Shown here one piece after another: positions 1 through 11,500 of a stretch of 64,000 nt of DNA; position 1 is the first letter of the stretch, and each line of letters starts with the position of its first letter. This DNA is from Malacoraja senta. Its lineage: Eukaryota. The stretch is from positions 23,190,001 through 23,254,000 of the forward strand of contig CM075989.1 of the NCBI GenBank assembly GCA_038087875.1. The letters run 5' to 3'. The notes beneath the pieces are model-generated. The model was not told the origin of the DNA. It ran no database searches and worked only from the letters and a program-made list of their open reading frames with translations. The position numbers and the translations under genes were made by a program.

Positions 1-860
1 CCAAGCTAATGTCCTTCCTTTCCAATGCGTTAATCTCCTCTCTAACCAGCAACGCTACCCCACCTCTATCCCTCCTGAATATTGAATATCCCTGGATGTT
101 CAGCTCCCAGCCTTGGTCTCCCTGGAGCCATGTCTCCGTGATCCCAACTATATCATAATCATTAATAGCTATCTGCACATTCAACTCACCCACCTTATTA
201 CGAATGCTCCTTGCATTGAGACACAAAGCCTTCAGGCTTGTTTTTACAACGCTCTTACCCCTTTTACAATTATGTTGAAAAGTGGCCCTTTTTGATTTTT
301 GCCCTGGATTTGTCTGCCTGCCACTTTTACTTTTCACCTTGCTACCTATTGCTTCCTCCCCCATTTTACGCCCCTCTGTTTCTCTGCTCACACATTTAAG
401 AACCCCACCACCTCTTATTCTCTGTTTATTATTGTTTTCTTCTTTCCCCCCTACATGTTGGGTCTGAGTGCTTCCCTTCTCTGCCTCCTGCCTCACACAC
501 TGTCTACTAGCTTTCTCTATTTGAGTCCCTCCCCCCAACCGTTCTAGTTTAAAGTCTCCTCAGTAGCCTTTGCAAATCTCCCCGCAAGGATATTGGTCCC
601 CCTCGGGTTCAAGTGAAACCCGTCCTTTTTGTACAGGTCGCACCTTCCACAAAAGAGGTCCCACTGATCCAGAAACTTGAATCCCTGCCTTCTGCACCAG
701 TCCTTCAGCCACGCATTTATCCTCCACCTCGCTCCATTCCTACTCTCACTGTCGCGTGGTACAGGCAGTAATCCCAAGATTGTTACCTTTGCGGTCCTTC
801 TTTTAACTCTCCTCCTAACTCCCTAAATTCTCCTTTCAGGACCTCTTCTCTTTTTCTACC
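1..860 (-). mobile_element. CR1 LINE fragment: end of ORF1 (SGNH esterase) and start of ORF2 (AP endonuclease)
   Basis: ORF 544-777 (NAWLKDWCRRQGFKF…YKKDGFHLNPRG) is a CR1 ORF1 esterase; 1-240 on - encodes IVGITETWL…GYSIFRRDR of the endonuclease. Confidence 0.85.
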
Positions 861-1256
861 TGTATCTGTGCTGTACTGTCCTATGTTCTGTTGTTGTAGA
901 ACCTACCTCAACTACCTCCTCCGGCAGCTCGTTCCATACATCCACCACCCTGAGTGTGAAAATGGCTGTAACTCAGGTTCCCAGTAAATCTTTTTCCCCC
1001 TCACCTTAAGCCTACGTCTTCTGGTTTTTGATTCCCCAACTCTGGATAATAAAAGACTCTGTGCATTCAAATGTTTCCAGCATTTTCTGTTTACATTTCA
1101 GATTCCCAACATCTGCAGTCTTTTTAACTCCTACACTTTGTTGCTTGAATGAGCCATTCAGACACAGTTGGCCATTCTCTTCAACATCACAGCTATGGGA
1201 AAAACTTTGTTAACTTGCGAGCTTTTCAACTTTGAAAGGAAATGACTACATCATTA

Positions 1257-1556
1257 GGTGGCACAGCGGTAGAGTTGCTGCCTTGCAGTGCCAAAGACCC
1301 GGGCTGGATCCTGACTACGGGTGCTGTCTGTACCGAGTTTGTACATTCTCCCCGTTACCTGCGTGGGCTTTCTCTGAGAGCTTCGGTTTCCTCCACAACC
1401 CCAAAGACGTACAAGTTAATTGGCTTGGTGTAAATGTAAAATTGTCCCTAGTGTGTGTAGAATAGTGTTAATGTGCGGGGATCGCTGGTCGGTGCGGACT
1501 GGGTGGGCCAAAGGGCCTGCTTCCGCGCTGTATCTCTAAACTAAACTGAACTAAAA
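1257..1556 (+). mobile_element. tRNA-derived V-SINE (HE1-like); representative of more than 15 copies in the window
   Basis: tRNA-like head (GTGGCACAGCGGTAGAG… degenerate B box), V-domain-like core (…GGTTTCCTCCAC…), CR1-like 3' end and (CTAAA)n tail; other copies at about 6905-7212, 8805-9172, 9555-9852, 13125-13405, 15963-16275, 26830-27130, 63700-64000. Confidence 0.85.
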
Positions 1557-3665
1557 CTATATTACTGAGCTGTCCTCTCACCAACTAAAGAGCGGTCCTG
1601 AGCTACCTCATTGGAGACCCACAGACTATCTTTAAATGGACTTTCCTGGACTTGCAGTAAACGTTATTCCCTTTATCCTGTATCTGTACACTTTACGGCT
1701 CGATTGTAATCATGTAGTCTTTTCGCTGTCCGGATCGCAAAAAACAAAACATTTTTCACTGTACCTCGGTACATGTGACAATAAGCTAAACTAAACCAAC
1801 AAAAAAAATTAAATAGGCACAAAATGCTGAAGTATCTCAGCAGATCAGGCAGCACCTATGGAGAAAATGGATAGGTGATGTTTCCTATCTACTTTCTCCA
1901 GAAATGTTGCCTGACCCGCTGAGTCACTCCAGCACTTTGTGTCTACCTTTGGTGCAAACAATATCTGCAGTTCCTTTTTATTACAGTGAAAAACTTTTTG
2001 AATCTTTCAGAAGGGTTTAAAGAAGGGTCTTGTCCTGAAACATCACCTATTCCTTTTCTCCTAGAGATGCTGCCTGACCCGCTGAGTTACTCCAGCTTTA
2101 TGTGTCTATCTTTGGTTTAAACCAGCATCTGCAGTTTTCTTCCTACACGATTACAATCAGGCAGTCCACAGTGTATAGATGAAGGATAAAGTGTTCTATT
2201 TATTCTTCTATTGTTCCAGAAGAGATTGATTCACCATTATAAGTATTTAATCTTCATTGACTGGGATAAACAATCAAGTGAATATCTTTAAATTATTGCC
2301 ATTGCCTGATTCCCATTACAACCCTCATGGAAGGCATGTTGTGTAACATTTATTGCAACTTTTAATAATCCCACTATTGCAGTGGTTATATTTGTCTACA
2401 CCTGTCTTTCAAATATCTCATGACTGGAAAATATATTTCATAATCCCACAACTTGTGCACTGAGGCAACAAGCTGGAAATATTTGCAATTAATTCTAGAC
2501 TGCGATGAGTTGTCCAAACGCCACACCTAAAGAATAAAACATGATGACAGAAATCATTTCTTGTCCATACTTGTTTGAAAGGACCTGAAGGAGAAAAACA
2601 CTGAGACAATAGATTGTGGAGAGAGCAACACAAAACAGATACCCGATTGAGAACTCCACCACTTTTGTATTGAAGATGAACAAAGTCATGAGAGGAATAG
2701 TGAGAGTAGGCGCACAGAGTCTCTTGCCCTGAGAAGGGGAATCAAGAAGCAGAGGACATAGGTTCAAGGTGAGGGGGGGGGGGGGGGGGGAGATTTAGGA
2801 AACTGATGGATACCTGTTTTACACAAAACATCACCTATCCATTTTCTCTAGAGATGTTGCCTGAACCGCTGAGTTACACCAGCATTTTGTGTCTACATTT
2901 GGTGTGTGGAACGAGCTGCCAGAGGAGGTAGTTGAGGCAGGTACTATTGCAACATTTACGAAGATTTAGACAGGTACATTGTTAGGATGTTCAGATGGAT
3001 AGGGGCTAAATACAGACAGGTGGGACTAGTGTAGATGGAGCATATTGGTTGGTGTGGGCAGGTTGGGCTGAAGGCCTATTTCCACCCTGTTACTCTGTGA
3101 GATCCATTCCAGTTAGGAACACATTTGTTGCCCTATAAAGTGGTGGGTGCAGAACCTCAACAAAAAACAGCAGATGCTGGTTCAATCAATTAGTTCGTTG
3201 AGAGATTATTGCATCCTAATGTAATGCAAAGGTACTGAGCAAGATTGCTTCCCCCCTCAAAAAAATAAACTATTCAGAGAAAAATATATAGAAAACAGAA
3301 TGCGAACTGTGTAAAAATTCCTCTTACATTCTCAGCGTTTATACATTAATTACTGTTATATTCTGTAGTGTTCACAAACTAACTTTACACCAAGTACCCT
3401 TACCACTCATGTGCCCCCCTGGGGTGATTATATCAGACATTACTCCAGTACTTTGTGTCTATCTGGTTTACATGGTATTTAACTTTGATCTTCAAGTTCA
3501 CGTTGTTAATAATGCCTATTCCTCCTCTCCAGAGATGCTGCCTGTTACTCCAACTTTTTGTGTCCATCTTCGGTGTAAAGCAGCATCTGCAGTTCCTTGT
3601 CTCTACACAGTTAAAGATGCTTCTCACATGTATATGGTGAAAGTTATCTCGTCAAAGTTATTTCA

Positions 3666-3834
3666 GAAAGAACTGCAGATGCTGGAAAAATCGAAGGTAG
3701 ACAAAAATGCTGGAGAAACTCAGCGGGTGAGGCAGCATCTATGGAGAGAAGGAACAAAAAACGTCGCCTATTTCCTTCGCTCCATAGATGCTGCCTCACC
3801 CGCTGAGTTTCTCCAGCATTTTTGTCTACCTTCA
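3666..3834. mobile_element. Palindromic (inverted) Penelope pLTR-derived element; representative of about 10 or more copies
   Basis: Arms AATGCTGGAGAAACTCAGCGGGTGAGGCAGCATC / reverse complement; other copies at about 1810-1980, 7903-8104, 17110-17295, 22515-22728, 23957-24155, 31310-31515, 38207-38355, 39555-39740. Confidence 0.75.
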
Positions 3835-4512
3835 GTCCAAGTTGTCGTGGTTGTTTCTCACCGTGTTATGACACCGGTTCAATCGATGTTGAACACAGCA
3901 GCGAAGTCCACGCTGACAATAAACAGTGTGAGGAGTGTCCCCACCGGATTCTGCCCCTCAATGTGCAGCAGCGGCAGACAGACAGACAGACAGACAGACA
4001 GAGGAGGTGCCGCAGACAGAGAGAGTGTGGTCCTCCCCCCCACACAGCCTTGGCGTTGGCTGCACCGAGCTCCAGCGAATCCCGGAGTCACAGATCAGCC
4101 CTGATTTGGCAGAAGAAGGCTGTGGAGGAGCTGAATAACTCGTTCTGGTGGCCGGCCAAGTGTTCAATGGGACACTGTGGGACTTGTTTATTATCGCTCC
4201 TGTGATTTATTGTCAGCGTGGACTTGGCTGCTTTGTTTAACATCGACTGTGTTGCCGGTGTAATACGGCGGTGAGAAGCACCCGAGACAACTTTCGCCAT
4301 TTACATGTAAGAAACATCTTTAATAACTGTGTAGAAACAAGGAACTGCAGGTGCTGGTTTACACCGAAGACACAAAGTGCTGGAGTAACTCAGCGGGACA
4401 GGCAGAAGGAATGGGTGATGTTTCGGGTCGAGACCCTTCTTCAGACTGATTGGAGTAATGTCTAATGTCCATAGTGACTGAAGTCTGAAGAAGGGTGTGG
4501 ACCCGAAACATC

Positions 4513-4550
<38 letters not shown>

Positions 4551-4699
4551 TCCTGTTCTCCAGAGATGCTGCCTGCCGGACCCGCTGTGTTACTCTGTGT
4601 CTGTCTGGTTGAGACAGTATTTAACTCTGATCTTCCTGGCATTTTTTAGTAAATTAGAAATCCTGATGCAGTGTTTCAGGGTATCTTGTGTACACTCGG

Positions 4700-4900
4700 A
4701 GTAAAACAAACCCTACCTCTCTCCCCGGGTTCACTCTCCGCCTCCACCCGCCCGCCCCGACACCGCCAGTGTTGAAGAAAGTGCCCGGGGCAGCGGGCGG
4801 GCGGGCGGAGTGTGTGTGGGAGGGAGGGAGGGAGCCGGCAGTGGCTTCACACGGAGCGGGGACTGGAGAGACCCGCACTGGGCTGGGAGCTGCTCAACCT
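4700..4900. promoter_or_regulatory. Small GC-rich promoter-like patch upstream of the first visible RASEF-like exon
   Basis: CpG-rich with overlapping GGGCGG boxes (4795-4810) and CCGCCC (4748-4757) in otherwise CpG-poor DNA. Confidence 0.45.
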
Positions 4901-4902
4901 GC

Positions 4903-5350
4903 CCCCCTCTCGCATTCTCTCTCGCTCTGTCCCTCACTCACTCTGTCACACACTCTCTGTCTCTCCCATTCTCTCTCTCACACCATCTCTCTCTCTCTCA
5001 CACCATCTCTCTCTCCCTCCCACACTCTCTCCCACTCTCTCTCTCCCCCCCACTCTCTCTCTCCCCCCCCACTCTCTCTCTCTCTCTCTCCCCACCCCCA
5101 CTCTCTCTCTCTCTCTCTCTCCCCACCCCCCCTCTCTCTCTCTCTCTCTCCCCCCCAACTCTCTCTCCCTCCCACACTCTCTCCCACTCTCTCTCTCCAA
5201 CTCTCTCCCCCCCACTCTCTCCCCACCCCCACTCTCTCTCTCCCCACCCCCCACTCTCTCCCCACCCCACTCTCTCTCTCTCCCTCCCCCACTCTCTCTC
5301 TCTCTCCCTCTCTATGTCTCTCTCACACACTCGCCGTCTCTCTCGCTCCC
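4903..5350. repeat. CT/C-rich low-complexity polypyrimidine tract
   Basis: (CT)n interspersed with C runs for about 450 bp; source of many spurious ORFs. Confidence 0.95.
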
Positions 5351-5395
5351 TCCACAAAGTGCTAACGCCTTGTCCTGTGTGTCTCTGTCCCGCAG

Positions 5396-5545
5396 CCGGG
5401 AGAAGTTGCTGCAGTTCCACCAGCAGATCCGAGCCGGACCAGACCATGCGCTGTGCCATCAATACGAGGAACTGATCCGCGGGCTGATTAAAGACGGCAG
5501 GATCCAAACCATGGACACCGACAACCTGGAGCTGGCTCTCAAGCG
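5396..5545 (+). CDS. RASEF: RASEF-like exon ([10 protein letters not shown]...NLELALKR)
   Basis: cgcag acceptor, CTAAC branch point at 5362-5366, gtaag donor; resembles RASEF exon 2 (…MENLAIAVKR). Confidence 0.88.
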
Positions 5546-8500
5546 GTAAGGAGTAGCGACAGTGACCGGTTAGTCCACTCCTGGACACAAACCCGAGCGC
5601 AGACATAATGTACATAAGTTCATATGTTCATTTATTCTCACATACACCAGTTTAAGAATAAGGAGCAAACTATTTAGAACGTAGACGAGGAAACACTTTC
5701 TCACAGAGAGTGGTGAGTCTGTGGAATTCTCTGCCTCAGAGGACGGTGGAGGCAGGTTCTCTGGATGCTTTCAAGAGAGAGCTAGATAGGGCTCTTAAAG
5801 ATAGCGGAGTCAGGGGATATGGGGAGAAGGCAGGAACGGGGTACTGATTGTGGATGATCAGCCATGATCACAGTGAATGGCGGTGCTGGCTCGAAGGGCC
5901 GAATGACCTACTATCCTCCACCTATTGTCTATTGTATTGTCTATTGTCTATTGAAATTCACTGGCCAGATCAGTCATACAATTTAAAAAAGCAACAGACT
6001 CAAAAACACATTTTAACATAAACATCCAAACAATATGCTGGAGTAACTCAGAGAGATGGGTAGTTTCGGGTCGAGACCCCTCTTCAGACTGGAACAGTGG
6101 CAGGTTAGTTAAAGACAGACACCAAAATGCTGGAGTATTCAGCGGGTCAGGCAGCATCTCTGGAGAAAAAGGATGGGTGACATTTCGGGTCGAGACCCGT
6201 CTTCAGACTGGGAGTCAGGGAGTGGGAACCAAAGAACTGCAGATGCTGGTTAATACACAAAAGGGCACAGAGTGCTGGAGTAACTGAGCGGGACAGGCAG
6301 CGTCTCTGGAGAACATGGATAGGTGAAGTTTCGGGTGGAGACCCTTCTTCAGACGGGTTGGTTTAAGTTCTACTCAAACTGACCATTGACAGGTTAGGAA
6401 GAGTGAGTGTCTTTGGTTTAAACCAGCATCTGCAGTTCCCCCCTACACATGGAAATGAGGGACTGTAGTAAGGCAGAAGGAACTAAGGAATAAGATGCTG
6501 GTTCATACGCAAAAAGGCACAAAGTGCTGGAGTAATTCAGCAGGTCAGGGCAACATCTCAAGAGAACATGGAAAAGGTCATGTTTCGGTTTGGGACCCTT
6601 CTTCAGATGGTCGGTTAATCCTGTTAAAGTTTATAACTCAAACTAAGCATTGAAAGTTTCACAAGAGGGTGGGCAGGTGTTTTGTTTACTAGAGGTGTCA
6701 TTGATTTCTTCCAAGGTCCAGTGATTAATTTCAATGTGGTTTTACCATTCAATGTTTGTATCTCAAAGAGTCGTGTAGTTGAGTTGTGGAACCTTCAGCC
6801 CAAAGAAGGTTAGCGCTGACCCCTTCAGTTTCAGCCAGAGTCTGTACTGACCATCAAGCACCTGTTTTACACTAATCGCACTTCATTCTCCCTACATTCT
6901 TTAGAATCTAGAGATACAGCGCGGATACAGGCCCTTCGGATCACCGAGTACTTGCCAACCAGCGATCACCCCATATACTAACACTATCTTACTTATTAGG
7001 GACAATTTACAATTGTTTTTAACCAAAGTCAATTAATCTACGAACCTGTACATCTTTGGAGTGTGGGAGGAAACCTGAGCACCCGGGGAAAACCCATGCG
7101 GTCACTGGGAGAACGTACAAACTCCGTACAGACAGCACCCGTGGTTAGGATCGAACCCGGGTCTCTGGCGCTGTGAGGCAGCAACTCTACCACTGCGCCA
7201 CCGTGCTACCCTGTGTGGCAGTGAGAAAAGCCCAGAGGAATGTTACACTGTAACGCCCCGTTAGTTTCTAGAGATGAACCTAGCATTCCTGCATTCCTTC
7301 AGCACTAAGTAAATAACTCATGATCAAGCTCACAAAAAGGAAACTATTAGCTCCCGATCACATTGCCGTTTACCGGAATCTGATGTCAGTGAACCTACGT
7401 TACATTATTGCAGAAGGTCAGAATGTCTTGACCATGCTGGACAACCGTTAATCCGACACAAAGTCTTTGCGGAAACAATGTTGAGATTTGGACTCAAGAT
7501 TCCCACATTCCAAAGACATGCAGGTTTGAAGGATTATTGGCTTCTGTTAATTGCCCCCTGGTGTGTAGGGAGTGGATGAGAATGTGGGATAACATAGAGC
7601 TAGTGTGAACAGGTGTTCAAGCGGTTGGCGTGGACTTATTGGGCTGAAGGGTCTGTTTCCATGCTACACTTTTCAATCAACTGAACAATGGTAATCATAA
7701 GACCATAAGACATAGAAGCAGAATTAGGCTCGTAGCAGAATTAATTGAGTCTGCCATGCCATTTGATCATGTACGATCTATTTTTCCCTCTCAATCCAAT
7801 TCTCTTTCTTTCTCCCTGTAATCTTTGATTCCCTTGCTAACCTTATTCTTCTTTCGTGTGGCGTGCACAGCCTAAAGTTGTAGGACAACTTGTTTTATTT
7901 GATGGTACACAAAAATGCTGGAGAAACTCAGTGGGTGCAGCAGCATCTATGGAGCGAAGGAAATAGGCAACGTTTCGGGCCGAAAACCCTTCTTCAGACT
8001 CAGTGTATTTCCTTCGCTCCATTGATGCTGCTGCACCCGTTGAGTTTCTCCAGCATTTTTGTGTACCTTCGATTTTCCAGCATCTGCAGTTCCTTCTTTA
8101 ACACTTGTTCTATTTGATCTTCTGTTTGTGCACGTCGAGTTGATTGCATTAGTCGAAACAGGGCGGACCACGTGAAGGTTGCAATCTTCCACCCCCCTTG
8201 CTAACCAAGAACATATCAATCTGTGCTTTAAAAATACCCAGTGACTTGGCCTCTACCGCCAACTGCAGCAATGAATTCTACAGATTCACCACCCCCCAGC
8301 TAAAGAAATTCTTCCTCTTCTCCTTTGAATTGAATTGAAGTCACAGTGAAATTCTTTGCTTGCATACCCAAGGTATTCAAATAGTCGCCCATAAAGGGTG
8401 CTTACAAAGTACCCCCGCGTCATGTCTCCCTTTGATCTCCCCCTTCCTCACGGTGGTCCCCCCCATGCCGGGTCCTTTCAAAAGGAACGTCCAATTATCC

Positions 8501-11500
8501 CTCACTGTCACGTCATCTCTCCCAGTTTCTATCACTCACCCTTGGGGCAATTTTCAGTGGCCTATTAACTTACCAAACTGAGCTGTGCGAGGAAACTGGA
8601 GCACCAGAGGGAAACACACATGGTCACGGGGAGAATGTGTGAATACACCACTAATGGCATTGAAGGTTGCTGGAGTTGAGGCAGCATCGCTACCAGCTTC
8701 CCTATCAGATCACTCAAATAGATCTAGACCTTGTCTGTAAGTTGTATTCAACCTTAAAGAAATTTGATTAATACAAATAGGTGACGGTCAATGTGGATTT
8801 GGTTTAGTCTAGTTTAGAGATACAGCGTAGAAACAGGCCCTTCAGCCCACCGAGTCCGTGCCGACCAGCGATCCCCGTATACTAGCAGTATCCTACACAC
8901 TAGGGACAATTTACAATTTTACCAAAGCCAATTAGCCGTCGGAGTGTGGGAGTAAACTGGAGATCCAGGAGAAGTCCCACGCAAGTCACGGGGAGTAAAC
9001 TGGAGATCCAGGAGAAGTCCCACGCAAGTCACGGGGAGTAAACTGGAGATCCAGGAGAAGTCCCACGCAAGTCACGGGGAGAACGTACAATTCCGTGCAG
9101 ACAGCACCCGTAGTCAGGATTGAACCCTGGTCTTTGGCTCTGTGAGGCAGCAACTCTACCACTGTGCCGCCTGGCGTTCTGAAGGATTTCTTTCCATGCT
9201 GTATAACTCTCTGAATCATTATCAAGATCCTTCAGGAAGTTTCTATGTTGTTATGGAGAGGAAATATAACTTTGTGGGTGAATCGAGAACAAAGCCATTA
9301 GCAAATACAATTATGCCTATTTTAGATTGAGGTGATGCAAGATCTTTTTTCTGAGTACCATGAATTTTTGGAACTTGTTTCCACAAAGGATGGTGAAAGA
9401 ATTGTCTTTTGAGTGGTTTTAAGGTGGTGGTTGATAGACTTGTGAAAGGCAAGTGGATGAAAGTTTGGTGGATTTCAGGTTATAATCAGTTCAGCCTTGA
9501 TCTGACTAAATGATGAAGCAGGTTCGATGGGCCAAATGGCCTGTTCCTTTAGGGTTTAGAGATACTGCGTGGAAATAGGCCCTGTGGCCCACCAATTTAT
9601 ATCGACCAGCGATCACCCCGTACACTATGACTATCCTACACACTAGAGACAATGTTCCAATCTTTATCAAAGCCAATTAACCTACAAACCTGGGTGTCTT
9701 TGGAGTGGGGGAGGCAACCGGAGCACCTGGAGAAAACCCACGTGGAGAACTCACAGGGAGAACGTACAAACTCTGTATAGACAGCACCCATAGTCGGGAT
9801 CGAACCTGGACCTCTGGCGATGTAAGGCAGCAACTCTGCCGCTGCGTCACCCTAGTTGGTATAGTGGACTGGTTATGATAACTGTTTTAAGTTGGATGCT
9901 TTGTCATACGGACTTATTTTTTGGATAGCCTTTAATTTAAAAATCAACCTTGAAGGATAGTTATAGTAACTTTTAAGAATGATAATGTCTTCTCCCATAT
10001 CTTTGTTTATTTGGAGCAGTTTGAATTTTCAACGTTCCTTCCGGGACAAAGTAAGTTTAAATCCGGCTACAAATGACCTGGGCAAGGCCGTCTACAAAGA
10101 TCTTGTGTCAGAGGTGCCCTGAAACCAAAGGAGAAAATAATCGCGAGACATGTTACAATTGTGGCGTGGAAGATACTTTTATACGTGACTTTTGACGCAA
10201 TCAATTGGTCAAAGATCAACAGGATCAAAACAAACGCTACAAAGATTTGGATGATGCATCCTGTTAGTGATATATTGTAAATGTCCAAAATGTTTATCAA
10301 ATAGAAACATAGAAACATAGAAACAGGTGCACGAGGAGGCCAATTCGGCCCTTCGAGCACCCACCGCCATTCATTGTGATCATGGCTGATCGTCCCCAAT
10401 CAATAACCCGTGCCTGCCTTCTCCATAGAAACATAGAAAATATGAATTAGAAAATCTGTTGTGTAAAATACTCTTTTGATGTTGATGTCGGAGATAGTGG
10501 TGGAGCCAGATACGATGGTGGTGTTTACGAGGCTTTTAGCTGGACATGGATAGGATGGGTTTAGAAGGATATGGGCCAAACGCAGGCAGGTGGGACTAGT
10601 GTAGACAGGGCATGTTGGTTGGCGTGGGCAAGTTGGGCCGAAGGGCCTGTTCCAAGCTGCATGACTATGATTTGTCACTGTTTTGATGACCTAAAGCACA
10701 TTCGGGAGAGCTCCACGTCTAAGGAGAGCAAGTGTTTTAATTAGTTGCGTTGCTGATTTAATCGGAGAAGGTTGAGTCGCCAGCTCCGAAGTGAAGGGGT
10801 GCAAAGATCGTGAACGAGATTGGTGGGATATCAATTGCTGGAGGGAACAGTTCCCCTTGCCTGGTGAGAGTGCCAACAGGATTTAGTTACCAGGCTCACA
10901 CTGGCAGTGTGTGTGTGGGGCTGGTCATTTACCTCTGTTATTGGAGGAAGAACAAATGAGTTGAGTATGAAGTCTACTGTAAGAGATACTCTGTTCCTTT
11001 ATTGATGAAAATAGCTTGGTGGATTGAATTTTAGTTTCATTTCACTCCAGTCCTAATCCATCTGCTCGAAAGATGGGAAAAAGTGTGTGTTGATTTACAT
11101 TAGCGGGGGGGGGGGGGGGGGGGGGGGTAGGGGAATTTTGTTACAGCTCGCTGGGCCAGGCTGTTACATAACCGCACAGGGCACTAAATGTAAGCTTCTA
11201 AGTACACAACCTGGCATCACCTTTCAAGTGACATTGAAGCCAAGAGGTTGTCTTGAACAGAGATGAGATTTGTAACTAACAATGGTCGTGATATCATGCT
11301 TCTCATGTCTGTGTTTCATGACTGGAACAATGAAGTGTAGTAAGAAGGAGGTACAACCGTGCTGGCTGACACCCCTGTCTGTGTGGGTGTAGGTTATCAT
11401 AGAAACATAGAAAATAGGTGCAGGAGTAGGCCATTCGGCCCTTCGAGCTGCACCGCCATTCGATATGATCATGGCTGATCATCCAACTCAGTATCCTGTA

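Noticed and set aside
1257..1330. tRNA-like sequences at SINE heads
   Set aside because: They are HE1 SINE 5' regions continuing into V-domain and LINE-tail sequence, not tRNA genes.
3409..4104. 231-aa ORF
   Set aside because: Runs through pLTR palindromes and a (CAGA)n microsatellite; no recognisable domain.
4688..5615. Multiple 100-245 aa ORFs rich in S/L/P or E/R/G
   Set aside because: Translations of the CT-rich low-complexity tract; only 5396-5545 is a real exon.
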